A stretch of DNA of 64,000 bases from Candidatus Wirthbacteria bacterium. GTDB taxonomy: Bacteria > Patescibacteriota > CG2-30-54-11. This document shows, one piece after another, positions 26,853-36,129 of the stretch. Below the pieces are notes generated by a model. The model searched no databases, was not told where the DNA came from, and saw nothing but the letters and a program-made list of their open reading frames with translations. The position numbers and the translations under genes are program-made. The stretch's first letter is position 1; each line of letters starts with the position of its first letter. Location of the stretch: assembly GCA_903889905.1 (NCBI GenBank), contig CAISZI010000040.1:128148-192147 (forward strand). Reading direction: 5' to 3'.

Positions 26853-28034
26853 ATGGATGATATCAAAGCCGTCGTATTGGCTGCCGGCCGTTCCACTCGC
26901 ACCTATCCGCTCACAGTGACCCGTCCCAAACCACTACTACCGCTGCTGGGCAGCACGATATTGGAACACAACCTGACGCAGCTCAAGGGGTTAGTTAACG
27001 GTATTGTCATTGTCATCGGGTACTACGGCGAACAGATTCGTCAGGCCATTGGCTACGAATTTGACGGAGTTCCGGTGAGCTACATCGAACAAACCGAACA
27101 AAAAGGCACTGGCCACGCGCTGCTCTGCGCCAAAGATCTGGTAGGGGAGCGCTTCATGGTACTTAATGGCGACGATGTCTATGCCCGTGCCGACATCGAA
27201 CGCTGCTTACAGCATGACTACTGCGTGCTGGCTTCCTGGCACGAAGATGTTAGCCGTTTTGGTTACCTTCAGACCAGCGGCAACCTCGTGGAGGACATTA
27301 TTGAAAAGCCGGAAAACATCCGCACCGGACTGGTGAATACCGGTTTTTATGTGTTCAAACGCGATATTTTTGATATTCAACTCGAATACTCCATGCGCGG
27401 CGAACTGGAACTGACGGATTTTGTGCGCGTGATCGAGGAATTCCACTTCGAAGAAGCCAAAGACAACTGGATCCCGATTACCTACCCATGGAACCTGCTC
27501 GAGGCCAACGTGGCGTTATTACACAAGATTGAACCCACCATCCTGGGCAAAGTAGAAAACGGCGTGCATATCGATGGTTCTGTCTTTGTCGGCCCTGGTA
27601 CCACGGTCAAAGCAGGCACCTATATCGAAGGTCCGGTTTACATTGGCGCCAACTGCACCATTGGGCCCAATGCCTATATACGGCCTGATTCGATCATTTT
27701 GGATGAATGTTTTGTCGGTCATGGTACGGAAATTGTCGATTCTGTCCTTTTTCCCAAAGTTTTCTGTAAACACCGCGCTTATATCGGCCACTCGGTTATC
27801 GGCCGTGGCGTCAATATCGGTGCCGGCTTGATCACGGCTGATTTTCGTCATGATGGCGCTAACATCATCACCCTGGTCAAAGACCAGAAAGTGAACAGCA
27901 ACCGGCAGAAACTAGGCGCGTTCATTGGCGATGATGTCCATTTAGGAATCCACACCTCCATTTATCCTGGCCGCAAAATCTGGCCCAATCTTTCAACATT
28001 GCCGGGTGAAATTATCACCCAAGATCGTTTTTAG
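26853..28034 (+). CDS. Sugar-1-phosphate nucleotidyltransferase with a C-terminal left-handed beta-helix (hexapeptide) domain (RmlA/GlmU-like)
   Basis: N-terminal VVLAAGRSTRTYPLTVTRPKPLLPL (NTP-transferase G-x-G-T-R motif). The C-terminal roughly 150 aa has hexapeptide repeats (IGANCTIGPNAYI...). Confidence 0.75.
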   Translation: MDDIKAVVLAAGRSTRTYPLTVTRPKPLLPLLGSTILEHNLTQLKGLVNGIVIVIGYYGEQIRQAIGYEFDGVPVSYIEQTEQKGTGHALLCAKDLVGERFMVLNGDDVYARADIERCLQHDYCVLASWHEDVSRFGYLQTSGNLVEDIIEKPENIRTGLVNTGFYVFKRDIFDIQLEYSMRGELELTDFVRVIEEFHFEEAKDNWIPITYPWNLLEANVALLHKIEPTILGKVENGVHIDGSVFVGPGTTVKAGTYIEGPVYIGANCTIGPNAYIRPDSIILDECFVGHGTEIVDSVLFPKVFCKHRAYIGHSVIGRGVNIGAGLITADFRHDGANIITLVKDQKVNSNRQKLGAFIGDDVHLGIHTSIYPGRKIWPNLSTLPGEIITQDRF

Positions 28035-28124
28035 GCGTTAATCAAATTGATGATCATGTTACTTTTGAAGCATTGGCGTGTTGATCTAAGTGAAAAGATT
28101 AATTCTTAGCCGAGGTAACTGTTT

Positions 28125-28739
28125 GTGGCTACGCCAGGTGCATCACTTTCTTATCAGCGTGTGTCGCTGCAGGACGAAAAACTGTTGGTAGATGCCGCCA
28201 AGCAGGATTTGGCGCAATTTCAAACGCTCTATGCCCTCTATTTTTCGCAAATCTATCACTATTGCTATTTTCACACGTTTGATCCAATCGTTGCGGAAGA
28301 TTTGTGCAGCGACATTTTTTTGAAAGCACTTGAAGCCTTTCCCAAATTCACCTGGAAAAATGTACCGTTTGGCGCCTGGCTGCAACGTATTGCCAGCAAC
28401 CGCCTCAAAAATCACTACCGTGACCACAAAGCACTGATCGATCTGGAGGAAGTCGAGAATTTTGATTTCGGCGAGGGCGACGGCATGCTGGACAAACTGG
28501 CCGCAGCCGAACGCAAACTGGTGGTTAAGGAAGTGCTTAAAACATTGGGTTTCAGTTGTCAGGAAGTACTGATCTACCGTTTCTTTCACGATTTTTCCTA
28601 TGATCAGATCGCATCTCAGGTCGAGAAGTCGGTTGCAGCCTGCAAAATGCAAGTCAAACGTTGCCTGGCCAAGATGAAAGTTACGATTCAGGCGCGCTCG
28701 CCGGAGATCATTGCTGCGCATCCAGCCTTCACCAAATAA
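28125..28739 (+). CDS. ECF-type sigma-70 family RNA polymerase sigma factor
   Basis: Region 2 (LYALYFSQIYHYCYFHTFDPIVAEDLCSDIFLKALEAF) and region 4 HTH (QEVLIYRFFHDFSYDQIASQVEKSVAACKMQVKRCL). The start is uncertain (GTG at 28125). Confidence 0.75.
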   Translation: MATPGASLSYQRVSLQDEKLLVDAAKQDLAQFQTLYALYFSQIYHYCYFHTFDPIVAEDLCSDIFLKALEAFPKFTWKNVPFGAWLQRIASNRLKNHYRDHKALIDLEEVENFDFGEGDGMLDKLAAAERKLVVKEVLKTLGFSCQEVLIYRFFHDFSYDQIASQVEKSVAACKMQVKRCLAKMKVTIQARSPEIIAAHPAFTK

Positions 28740-28759
28740 TTCACCCAAGGATAATTCCC

Positions 28760-31700
28760 ATGGCCAAATCTAACGACGTCCAGCCCAACCCCGAACAAGA
28801 CCCAAACCTTGAACACCTTGCCGATGAATTGAAATCGATTTACCAGCAGGAAATACCATTGCGGCCCGATTTCAAAAGTGAACTGGGCAGTAAACTTGCC
28901 GCTGATGCTCGTGTCAAATCTGGTAAGTCCAGTCCGAGCCCAAAACATCAGGGACAACATTTCCTGGAATCATTCAAATCTTTTTTTCGTTTCCCCTGGC
29001 CAAAATGGGCTTATGCCGGGGCTAGTCTGGTGGTCGTGGTGGGACTGGTGGGGTCAGTTTATGGTTGGAGCAAATTGAGCCAAAAGCAGATTACATCCCC
29101 TGCTGCGGTTGCCGTGACCCACAAGACCGTCGTTTATGCCGACACAGAACTTACCCTTGCTAAATTACTGGATTCAGAGCTGGGTGTTTTGCCCAAAGGC
29201 TCCTTTGCAATTTCGAGTAAAGAATCCTTAAATCGTGTCGCCTTTGTGGCGGCATTGAAGGTAGAACCAGCGATTGCAGGAGATTTCACCTGGTCGGATG
29301 ACAGCAAAAAAGTGACCTTTGTGCCCAAAACAACATTGGCCACCGGGACGACCTACCACATTACCGTGGCCAGCACCGCCTTGAATGACAAAGGTGAGCC
29401 GCTGGCAAGTCCAGCCGAGTGGAGCATTCAGACGATACCGACTTTTGCGATTACTTCGACCACTCCCGCCGATCAAGGTGAAGGCGTTGATCGCACGAGC
29501 AGCATTGAAGTTCAATTCAACTACCGTAATGTCGCTTTGGCCGATTTTCAGAAGAATTTCAGCATAGATCCCTCCACTCCAGGTAAATTTGAACAACACG
29601 ACAGCGCGTTCGTTTTTTTGAGCGACCAACCACTTGCTGCCGAAAAATTGTATACCGTCACAGTCAAAAAGGAACTCATCAACCAGGACGGGTACCAACT
29701 CACGGCGGATAAAGTCTTCCAATTCCGCACCACGCGACAGGGAACAGCACAGTTTGCGGCCGAGCCCTGGTTAGATTTTGATTTGCGAACGGGCGCAATC
29801 GTGAGCTGGACGTCGGGCCACACCGAGAATTTTGTGGGTGCCAGCTCGAGCAACATGACCGATGCTGATGTGGTTAAATTTGAGCTTTATCCGGTTGACC
29901 AGAAAACGTTGTTGGCCAGCCGCCAGTATCAGTATGACCGCATGTTTGACAGCATTTTGCCCGATTTGGGAAGCCAGAAACCGACCGTTTCATGGCAGGC
30001 GAAAATCAGTGAACTGCGCGTTCAGGGCGATAATTATTCAACCAAGGACTTTAATCTGAATATTGGTTTGCCAAATTTGACTGCTGGTTATTATCTGGTC
30101 AAGGCTACAAATGACAAATTGGTTAGCCCGCGTTTTATTTATATCGTGGTGCAACCGCAACAGATCTCGCAGCAGGTGGATAATAATCACAAGCAAGTCG
30201 TGTGGGTGGTTGATTTTTCCACAGGCCAAACGGTGCCCAATCAGGCCGTCGATTTTTATACGCTGCGCAATCAGGTCAAAGTAATTGGTACCGAGTTCAC
30301 CGACGGGAATGGCCTGGTGGTCACTGACAAATACCAGGACGCCGATGCGATCGTTTCCAAAAATGGCTTACTCATCCTCAATTCCGGTATGTATTACACT
30401 GGTTACGCGGGGCCAACTACACCCATTCAAAATTATAAGGCTGTGATGGCCACGGACAGGCCCATCTATCGTCAGGGTGACACTGTCAAGTTCAAAGCCA
30501 TCATCCGTATGGACAATGACGGCAGTTTCAGCCCGCCACCCAAAGGTTCTGTCGTTTTGGTTTCATTAGGGGGTAATCGGTCGGTCCAGGGTAGTGAGTC
30601 AGTCCAGACCAAACTGGTGCTGGATAACACCAATGGCAGCATTGCGGGGGAAATCAAGATCCCGGAGACAACCTCCAGTGGAGATATCAGTTTGACCTTG
30701 TTTCTGCAAAATAACGCAACGTCAGATTATATCGACAGTTACTCATTTCCTGTTGACCAATACCGTAAACCGGATTATGAAATTTCAGTCAGCGCCGACA
30801 AACAGGAAGTTTTGTCAGGCGACACTGTCACCGCCACGATCAAGGCGAACTACTTTTTTGGCCAGCCAGTCAGCAACAAACAAGTCAAATACACCGTCTA
30901 TCGCACCTCAACCAGCGAACCGTTGCCGGGCGTGACGAAGACGACACCCGATCAGAATTACTGGTATGGTGGCGACCAGGTGGAACAGAAGACGGTTACA
31001 CTGGATACCCAGGGAACAGCTGTGGTTAAAATCAAATCTGATATTGCCGGGAAGTTAACCTCGCAGCAGTATAGTTTAGTGGTGGAATATACCGATGAAT
31101 CTGAGATTACCACTTCCGCCGGTGTCGGCTGGATGGTGCATCAGGGAGATTTTGCTGCCTTTGCTTTCTCGGCCAAGGCAGCCGTGAGGGTGAGCGATAA
31201 AACTGCCGTGACCGTTGACCTGTACGGCGCCATGAGTCGCAACAAGTGGCAACAAGCAGTTCCTTTAAGTATGACGCTGACCCGTTCCTGGACTGATGTC
31301 AAAATCAGTGAACAAACGGTTTACAATCCCGCCACCAAAAAACAGGATGTCAAACAAACGCGCACCTATAACCGCCAGTCCGAAGCCGCCGGCAACCTGC
31401 AGGCAGTCACCGATGCCAAGGGACAAGCTGTTTTTCAGGTTAGCCTGAGCAAACCCGGATCGTATACACTCGATATCGTGGGTCAGGATCAAGCTGGGCG
31501 TGCCATCAATACGTCACTTGTCATCATGGTCAGCGATGGAACCGCAGCCAGCTGGTGGCAGATTGCCAATCAGCAATTCAGCCTGAGCAGCGACCATGAG
31601 AGCTACAAAGTAGGGGACAAGGCAACGCTTTCGCTGCTGACGGACAAAACCAGCACGATGGCATTAGCCATTTTGCACAAAAATAACATTCTGGACTATC

Positions 31701-34594
31701 AACTCATCAAGCTGGATGGCGGCCAGGCCGACTGGACCTACACAATCAGTGAGCAACTACGCCCCAATGGCACTGTCGCCGTCATCATTCCCGGTCAGGA
31801 CGGGACGTTCATGGGCAGTTCACAGTCGATCGTGGTTAACAATGACGACAAGAAATTACTTCCTGCCTTGAACTTTACCGACAAAACGTATTTGCCCGGA
31901 GATCAGGTCAATTTGCAGCTTATGGTCAATGGTGCCGATGGCAAACTTGTGGCCAATGAGGCAACAGTCTATCTGGTGGACAAATCTGCTCTGGCCCTGA
32001 ACCCGTCTGCTCTTCAGGATTGGCAGACGCAATTGTATGCGCCACGCAATTACGACCTGCATACCCACAATTCGCAGGATGATTTATATGGTACGGGTGG
32101 GGGAGGCGCAGAAGGTGGCGGGGGCTGTTTTCCTGCCGGCACAACGGTGCAAACACCGAGTGGGCCAGCAGCCATCGAGACGATCCGCGCTGGCGATTCA
32201 GTCTGGTCCTATGATCTTGCCACCAGCAAAGTAGTGCCCAACACGGTAACGCAACTTCTCGTTCATTCGGAGTATACCCAGGATCCCTTGCTTGAGTTAG
32301 GCCTAAGCGATGGAACGACACTAGATATAACCGCAAATCACCGCGTTTACGATCCCAAAATCGGAGACTTCAAAGTCATCGGAGACTTCGCCATCGGCGA
32401 CAAGCTTCTCAACGGATCGGACAATAATTTGGTAACGATTGTCAGCAAAAAAGAACTTGGTGGTGGCCAGACAGTCTACAATCTTGCCCTGCAAAAAACT
32501 CCCCACACCTACCTGGTAGGCAGCGGCATCGTGGTGCACAACGACAAAAATGGCGAATCCTCGGTGCGTAAGGATTTCCGTGATAGTGCGCTCTTTGACG
32601 CCCAGGTGCAAAACAACGGCAATACCCAGATTCAAGCCAAATTACCTGACAACTTGACCACCTGGGTGGCGATTGCGCAAGTCTTTGGCCCTAATAACTC
32701 TGTTGGCCAGACGACCAGGGAACTGGTGGTTACCAAAAAGTTAATCTTGCGTCCCAGTCTGCCTGGTTTTTTGGTTACTGGCGACAAACTTGGAATCACA
32801 ACCATGGTTAATAATTATACCGGTAACAAACAAACGGTGAGTGTTGACCTAACCGGTTCCGGTTTTGACGTTGTCGGCAGTGGCAGCCAGAAAATCACAG
32901 TCAACAATGGTGACACACAGACGGTGATTTTCAACGTGCAATCCAAAGTTCCCGGCCAGATGACCGTTCACCTCAAAGCCCAGACGGCCGACGCCAAAGC
33001 GGTGGATGAAATTGAACAAAAATTACCGGTGATGGATAATACTATTGCCACACACCAGCAGTCCTTTGCCGCCCTGGGTAAAGACCAAACCCTGACCATT
33101 GGCCATCCTGGAGAGGTGAACCCCAAAGACAGTCTGGCCGTCACAGTTTATCCTTCCATACTTTCGTTGGGTAACCGTTTGTACTCCTATGTCGAAGGTC
33201 AGGATGTGCAGAATGTGCCGGCGATCAGCGCCAAATTGATCAATGACCTGCTGGTTTATCAGCTTGCACCCAGTTGGCTGGACAAAGCGCAGATGACCAA
33301 CACGATCAACAATGAAATCAATTTTATCCGCAATAACCGGACCAATAAAGGCTGGGGTTATAGTACTTATGACAGTGTTGATATCCTGACAACGATGCAA
33401 GCGATGCAGGCGCTTGGCATGGCCAAAAACATGCAGTGGGCTGGCATTGACGCCGATATGGTATCGGCCGGATTAGCCACTTTGAACGATTACCTGAATG
33501 CGGCCAATGTCAGCATGGATGACAAGGCTTTCATCCTGTATGTCGAAGCCCTGTTCGACCAGGGTAATCTGGTCAAAACGCAACAACTTGCCGACCACGT
33601 CACTGAGCTTTTACCACCGTCGCAGGCCTTTTTGAGCCTTGCACTGACGCGTTTGCACGATTCCACCCGTGCTTACCAAATCATGAGTAATCTGCTCGCG
33701 ACTGCCAAGCAGGAAAGCGGTATGAGTTATTTCCAGGGTACAGCCAAATCTTTCCAGCGCACTTTAAGTGCTCAGTTCCAGACAGGGATTGTTCTCTTTG
33801 CTGCCACCGAACTCAAACTCCCGCAGGCCGATCTGGTCAAAATGGCACAGTGGATCATGATCTCCCGCAACAGTTCAGCCTGGAAAAACCTCTATGATGC
33901 CGACGCCATGCTGACCGGTTTGGTGAGCTATGCCAGTGAGTTAGAAAAAAACAGCGCCAATTTCACTTACGAAGTCTTCCTCAACGATCAATCCATCGGT
34001 AAAGGCAAAGTCGAAAATGGTCAGCTCAGTGGTGATTCTCCGGCCATTATTGTCCCCAACACTGGTTTGCAAAAAGGTGACAATACGCTTAGGGTCCAGT
34101 CCAGTCTTGATGGCTTTACTTTATACGTAGCCACTGACAACCAAATCTGGAACGCGACACCACCGGCGAGCTCCAGGATCACTCTGGACCGCATCTATTC
34201 GACCAACGGTAACGCGTCAACTATGTTTAACCTGGGGGATACAATCACGGTCGAATACCATGTCAACGCCGCCGCTTTGCAGGGTTCATCGCTGTTGAAT
34301 TATACCAATCTGGCACTACGCGAATACTTTCCGGCTGGAATCGAATTTGGCGGCGAGGTCTATTGTCAATATGACGAGCAAGATAAATGTCTGAACCTGT
34401 GGCCAGACCAGAAGGCGCAGTTTATCAATTACTCCTCCTGGCTTTCGATGGCCAAGCTTGCTCAGGTAAAAACAGGAAAGGTTACCTACAAGGCTTCATT
34501 TCGCGGCACCTTCAATGCGCTCCCAACGTCACTTACCACAGCATTAAATGACGCCTACGCCTATACTTCTCCCACAACGATCACGATCAAGTAG
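28760..34594 (+). CDS. Giant membrane-anchored alpha-2-macroglobulin-like protein with an anti-sigma-like N-terminus and an embedded Hint/BIL domain
   Basis: AAGGA RBS before the ATG at 28760. N-terminal roughly 85-aa cytoplasmic segment plus one TM (ASLVVVVGLVGSVYGW). MG/bait-like modules (DRPIYRQGDTVKFKAI, DQYRKPDYEISV). A Hint domain (CFPAGT....VVHN). A TED-like helical region in which YVEGQD replaces the GCGEQN thioester site. Confidence 0.7.
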   Translation: MAKSNDVQPNPEQDPNLEHLADELKSIYQQEIPLRPDFKSELGSKLAADARVKSGKSSPSPKHQGQHFLESFKSFFRFPWPKWAYAGASLVVVVGLVGSVYGWSKLSQKQITSPAAVAVTHKTVVYADTELTLAKLLDSELGVLPKGSFAISSKESLNRVAFVAALKVEPAIAGDFTWSDDSKKVTFVPKTTLATGTTYHITVASTALNDKGEPLASPAEWSIQTIPTFAITSTTPADQGEGVDRTSSIEVQFNYRNVALADFQKNFSIDPSTPGKFEQHDSAFVFLSDQPLAAEKLYTVTVKKELINQDGYQLTADKVFQFRTTRQGTAQFAAEPWLDFDLRTGAIVSWTSGHTENFVGASSSNMTDADVVKFELYPVDQKTLLASRQYQYDRMFDSILPDLGSQKPTVSWQAKISELRVQGDNYSTKDFNLNIGLPNLTAGYYLVKATNDKLVSPRFIYIVVQPQQISQQVDNNHKQVVWVVDFSTGQTVPNQAVDFYTLRNQVKVIGTEFTDGNGLVVTDKYQDADAIVSKNGLLILNSGMYYTGYAGPTTPIQNYKAVMATDRPIYRQGDTVKFKAIIRMDNDGSFSPPPKGSVVLVSLGGNRSVQGSESVQTKLVLDNTNGSIAGEIKIPETTSSGDISLTLFLQNNATSDYIDSYSFPVDQYRKPDYEISVSADKQEVLSGDTVTATIKANYFFGQPVSNKQVKYTVYRTSTSEPLPGVTKTTPDQNYWYGGDQVEQKTVTLDTQGTAVVKIKSDIAGKLTSQQYSLVVEYTDESEITTSAGVGWMVHQGDFAAFAFSAKAAVRVSDKTAVTVDLYGAMSRNKWQQAVPLSMTLTRSWTDVKISEQTVYNPATKKQDVKQTRTYNRQSEAAGNLQAVTDAKGQAVFQVSLSKPGSYTLDIVGQDQAGRAINTSLVIMVSDGTAASWWQIANQQFSLSSDHESYKVGDKATLSLLTDKTSTMALAILHKNNILDYQLIKLDGGQADWTYTISEQLRPNGTVAVIIPGQDGTFMGSSQSIVVNNDDKKLLPALNFTDKTYLPGDQVNLQLMVNGADGKLVANEATVYLVDKSALALNPSALQDWQTQLYAPRNYDLHTHNSQDDLYGTGGGGAEGGGGCFPAGTTVQTPSGPAAIETIRAGDSVWSYDLATSKVVPNTVTQLLVHSEYTQDPLLELGLSDGTTLDITANHRVYDPKIGDFKVIGDFAIGDKLLNGSDNNLVTIVSKKELGGGQTVYNLALQKTPHTYLVGSGIVVHNDKNGESSVRKDFRDSALFDAQVQNNGNTQIQAKLPDNLTTWVAIAQVFGPNNSVGQTTRELVVTKKLILRPSLPGFLVTGDKLGITTMVNNYTGNKQTVSVDLTGSGFDVVGSGSQKITVNNGDTQTVIFNVQSKVPGQMTVHLKAQTADAKAVDEIEQKLPVMDNTIATHQQSFAALGKDQTLTIGHPGEVNPKDSLAVTVYPSILSLGNRLYSYVEGQDVQNVPAISAKLINDLLVYQLAPSWLDKAQMTNTINNEINFIRNNRTNKGWGYSTYDSVDILTTMQAMQALGMAKNMQWAGIDADMVSAGLATLNDYLNAANVSMDDKAFILYVEALFDQGNLVKTQQLADHVTELLPPSQAFLSLALTRLHDSTRAYQIMSNLLATAKQESGMSYFQGTAKSFQRTLSAQFQTGIVLFAATELKLPQADLVKMAQWIMISRNSSAWKNLYDADAMLTGLVSYASELEKNSANFTYEVFLNDQSIGKGKVENGQLSGDSPAIIVPNTGLQKGDNTLRVQSSLDGFTLYVATDNQIWNATPPASSRITLDRIYSTNGNASTMFNLGDTITVEYHVNAAALQGSSLLNYTNLALREYFPAGIEFGGEVYCQYDEQDKCLNLWPDQKAQFINYSSWLSMAKLAQVKTGKVTYKASFRGTFNALPTSLTTALNDAYAYTSPTTITIK
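32126..32542 (+). other. Hint / bacterial intein-like (BIL) domain inside the A2M-like ORF
   Basis: 139 aa, from Cys1 (CFPAGTTVQTP) to the terminal VVHN. It is followed by Asp, so there is no +1 Cys/Ser/Thr. There is no homing-endonuclease insert, and a Gly-rich linker (GTGGGGAEGGGG) lies immediately upstream. Confidence 0.7.
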
Positions 34595-35494
34595 ATGCAG
34601 ACAATCAGCTGGCAGCGACAAAAGTGGGTCATGTCTGGTTTGGTAGTCGCGGTGGCGGCAGCTTGCTTCCTGACAATGATTGTTGCCATAAACAAACCGC
34701 AGGCCAAAGTTCAGAAAGGCTTGCCGGTCATGACACTTGCGGCCAGTCAGTTGTTTTATCCCGATATCTTCAACGCCAGTCGTCAACCGCTCCATGCACT
34801 TACGGGACAATCTTTGGCGGGTGGCATTACTTCGCACCACCTGCCAGTGGCTGCCAGGCTGATCAATGAATTTTATGCGGCGCTGGGAGAACAACATCCG
34901 TCCACAGTGGTTGTGCTGGTAACCAATCATTTTCATTTTGACGATGCCAAAGTACGGACGGCGGCAGTGCAGTTTGTGACGCCACTAGGTCAGATCAATA
35001 CAACTGCCGCCGTCATTCGCCAGCTGGCGGCGGAAAGTCTGGTGGTTGAGGACGGAGCGATGCTGACCGGGGAACACGGCATCTGGACACAGATTCCGTT
35101 TATTCAACGATATCTGGGTAACCAGACGCTGGTACTGCCATTGATTGTGGGACCGGAAAGTTCGGAAGAGACCTTGCAGCAACTCGAACAAACCATCCGC
35201 AAATTGCTGCCCGCGGATACGGTTTGGGTATTGTCGTCGGACTTGTGCCATTATTTGTCGCAGCAGGCCTGTCACCAGCAGGATGAGCAAACCATCCCCG
35301 ATCTTGCTTCTCAACAAAACAACTTGCTGCAACCCCACGCTGACGATGCTTACCGGGCAGGGGATCTCTTTTTCCTGCATTTGCAAGCCATGCAAGCCCA
35401 AAATGGGATTGAACTCGACCGCGGCAATAGTGCCGACTTTGGCTCTGACCCGGTTAGTACCACGGGTTATGTCAGCATGGTTTTCCCCAGGTAA
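34595..35494 (+). CDS. Membrane-anchored MEMO1-family-like protein (class III extradiol-dioxygenase-like fold)
   Basis: N-terminal TM, then GGITSHHLPVAARLINEFYAALGEQHPSTVVVLVTNHFHF, which resembles the MEMO pattern aGivPHAGYxySG...vvilGPsH. The call is weak. Confidence 0.4.
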   Translation: MQTISWQRQKWVMSGLVVAVAAACFLTMIVAINKPQAKVQKGLPVMTLAASQLFYPDIFNASRQPLHALTGQSLAGGITSHHLPVAARLINEFYAALGEQHPSTVVVLVTNHFHFDDAKVRTAAVQFVTPLGQINTTAAVIRQLAAESLVVEDGAMLTGEHGIWTQIPFIQRYLGNQTLVLPLIVGPESSEETLQQLEQTIRKLLPADTVWVLSSDLCHYLSQQACHQQDEQTIPDLASQQNNLLQPHADDAYRAGDLFFLHLQAMQAQNGIELDRGNSADFGSDPVSTTGYVSMVFPR

Positions 35495-35588
35495 ACCAAG
35501 GCAAAGCGTTGGTTTAGTTTGTGGTTCTATTATCTGCTATTCAGACTTGTTGATTTACTCCTTTATGCTCTCTTATCCGTTTGTCGGT

Positions 35589-36116
35589 TCATTTTGATTG
35601 TTGGCAAGCTATCAAATCTGCAGTCTTGAAAGCAATCGATTCATCAAGACGATTAATCTCACTATAATCTCCGGCTCTTTGAGCAGCCTTTAATGCATTC
35701 TTCTCCACATCAATCTTTATAATTTTGCCTAATATTTCATCAAAACGAGCGAGTTGATCTTTGAAAGCAACAATTGATTTTTCAAGCGATATTTTATCCT
35801 CGTCGCTCGTCTTTTTATCGTTACATTGCTTTTCAAGCTGGGCTATCGTGCTATCGGTTCGATCAATAGCAGCTCGTGTATCTTTTTCGCTCATGAGGAC
35901 AGGTTGGGGAATTTCATATATGAAATCTGTCCCTTGATTACCGTGTTTTGTCGTTTGCCCTCTTGCCGCGACGGCAGACAGGACCTGTCGTAACGCTCGT
36001 CGGCCAGCGGCTGCAATACGACTGAAACCAGTAGGTTCTCGAGCCTGTGATTCTGGGTTTTCCGCACTTTGCACACTTCCGTCTTCAAATAAAGCCATAC
36101 AACCTCCTAGTGACAA
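35589..36116 (-). CDS. Hypothetical protein (predicted coiled coil), immediately downstream of the giant PBP gene
   Basis: 175-aa ORF, with a 14-bp gap/overlap to the end of the giant gene. Confidence 0.45.
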   Translation of the reverse strand: MSLGGCMALFEDGSVQSAENPESQAREPTGFSRIAAAGRRALRQVLSAVAARGQTTKHGNQGTDFIYEIPQPVLMSEKDTRAAIDRTDSTIAQLEKQCNDKKTSDEDKISLEKSIVAFKDQLARFDEILGKIIKIDVEKNALKAAQRAGDYSEINRLDESIAFKTADLIACQQSK

Positions 36117-36129
36117 TTATATTCATTGA

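Noticed and set aside
28143-28748. 201-aa minus-strand ORF antisense to the ECF sigma gene
   Set aside because: The sigma-70 regions 2 and 4 are on the plus strand.
32126-32542. Canonical self-splicing intein
   Set aside because: The residue after the terminal HN is Asp, not Cys/Ser/Thr. The domain is mini-sized with no endonuclease, and it sits in a non-conserved linker of a surface protein. It fits a BIL/Hint domain rather than a true intein.
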